DNA of 64,000 nt, taken from IMG/VR virus record IMGVR_UViG_3300045988_176106. One strand, 5' to 3'. Under the pieces are notes generated by a model, which was not told where the DNA came from, made no database searches, and worked only from the letters and a program-made list of their open reading frames with translations. A program made the position numbers and the translations under genes. The DNA comes from a virus. This document shows positions 63,780-64,000 of this stretch, in pieces. The first letter of the stretch is position 1. Each line of letters starts with the position of its first letter.

Positions 63780-63855
63780 TGGTACTGAAAGTCAGAATCG
63801 AACTGACAACCTATTGCTTGTAGGGCAATTGCTCTACCTATTGAGCTATTTCAGT
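63780..63855 (-). tRNA. tRNA-Val: tRNA-Val (UAC), CCA encoded
   Basis: Acceptor ACTGAAA/TTTCAGT, D-arm GCTC..GAGC, anticodon arm ATTGC-CCTACAA-GCAAT, T-arm GTCAG-TTCGATT-CTGAC. Confidence 0.8.
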
Positions 63856-63866
63856 ACAGAATAAAC

Positions 63867-63956
63867 TGGTACGAAGGGTGGGTCTCGAACCCACACTCCA
63901 GGTTCACTGAAACAAGATTTTAAATCTCGCATGTCTACCTCTTCAATCACCTTCGT
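63867..63956 (-). tRNA. tRNA-Leu: second, intron-less tRNA-Leu (UAA), type II, CCA encoded
   Basis: Acceptor ACGAAGG/CCTTCGT, anticodon arm CGAGA-TTTAAAA-TCTTG, long variable arm, T-arm GTGGG-TTCGAGA-CCCAC. Confidence 0.7.
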
Positions 63957-63964
63957 ATTTATTT

Positions 63965-64000
63965 TGGTACCCAAGGTGAGATTCGAACTCACACTTTATG
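63965..64000 (-). tRNA. 3' part of a further tRNA, truncated by the window edge (identity unknown)
   Basis: Minus strand reads ..GTGAG-TTCGAAT-CTCAC-CTTGGGT-A-CCA, i.e. T-arm, acceptor 3' strand and CCA. Confidence 0.6.

Noticed and set aside
1-64000. CRISPR arrays, integrase/att sites, transposases, rRNA genes
   Set aside because: I saw no regularly spaced direct repeats, no tyrosine/serine recombinase motifs, and no rRNA-like conserved segments on either strand.

Overview
This window is an AT-rich segment of a large tailed dsDNA phage genome. No integrase, capsid, portal or terminase genes are visible in it. Two convergent arms meet at a bidirectional hairpin near 15.63 kb.

Arm 1 (+ strand, 1-15615) carries virion and tail-fibre-like genes, including a visibly GC-richer fibre module at 6.9-13.7 kb. 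It also carries an i-spanin/o-spanin pair, which implies a Gram-negative host, and a GH19-type endolysin.

Arm 2 (- strand, 15656-64000) carries replication and nucleotide metabolism genes. These are an ATP-dependent DNA ligase, NrdA/NrdB plus a glutaredoxin, a dNMP kinase-like protein, a T7 gp4-like primase-helicase flanked by two Cas4-like Fe-S nucleases, a DnaE-type polymerase, RecA, RuvC, a Whirly-type ssDNA-binding protein, a SpoVG-like protein, HU, DHFR, a SpeD-like AdoMet decarboxylase and a MazG-like protein. After these comes an array of at least 14 tRNA genes interspersed with HNH endonucleases.

This arm is heavily colonised by self-splicing elements. The C-terminal dnaE gene has three group I introns (one with a LAGLIDADG ORF) and a mini-intein. 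recA has one group I intron. tRNA-Leu(UAA) has one group I intron with an HNH ORF.

Three things deserve a second look:
1. An E2-like / JAB(JAMM) / E1(ThiF) ubiquitin-type triad (48.0-51.7 kb).
2. A large reverse transcriptase directly downstream of that triad (45.9-48.0 kb). It is not DGR-like or retron-like and is translationally coupled to orphan genes and ruvC.
3. dnaE is physically split into two genes by a 4.7 kb cassette. The cassette encodes a radical-SAM (SPASM-like) enzyme, a GNAT-like protein, a spermidine-synthase-like transferase, two tandem HxD...H cupin oxygenases and a 69-aa peptide.

All functional calls come from motif recognition by eye. No database search was possible, so novelty cannot be confirmed here.
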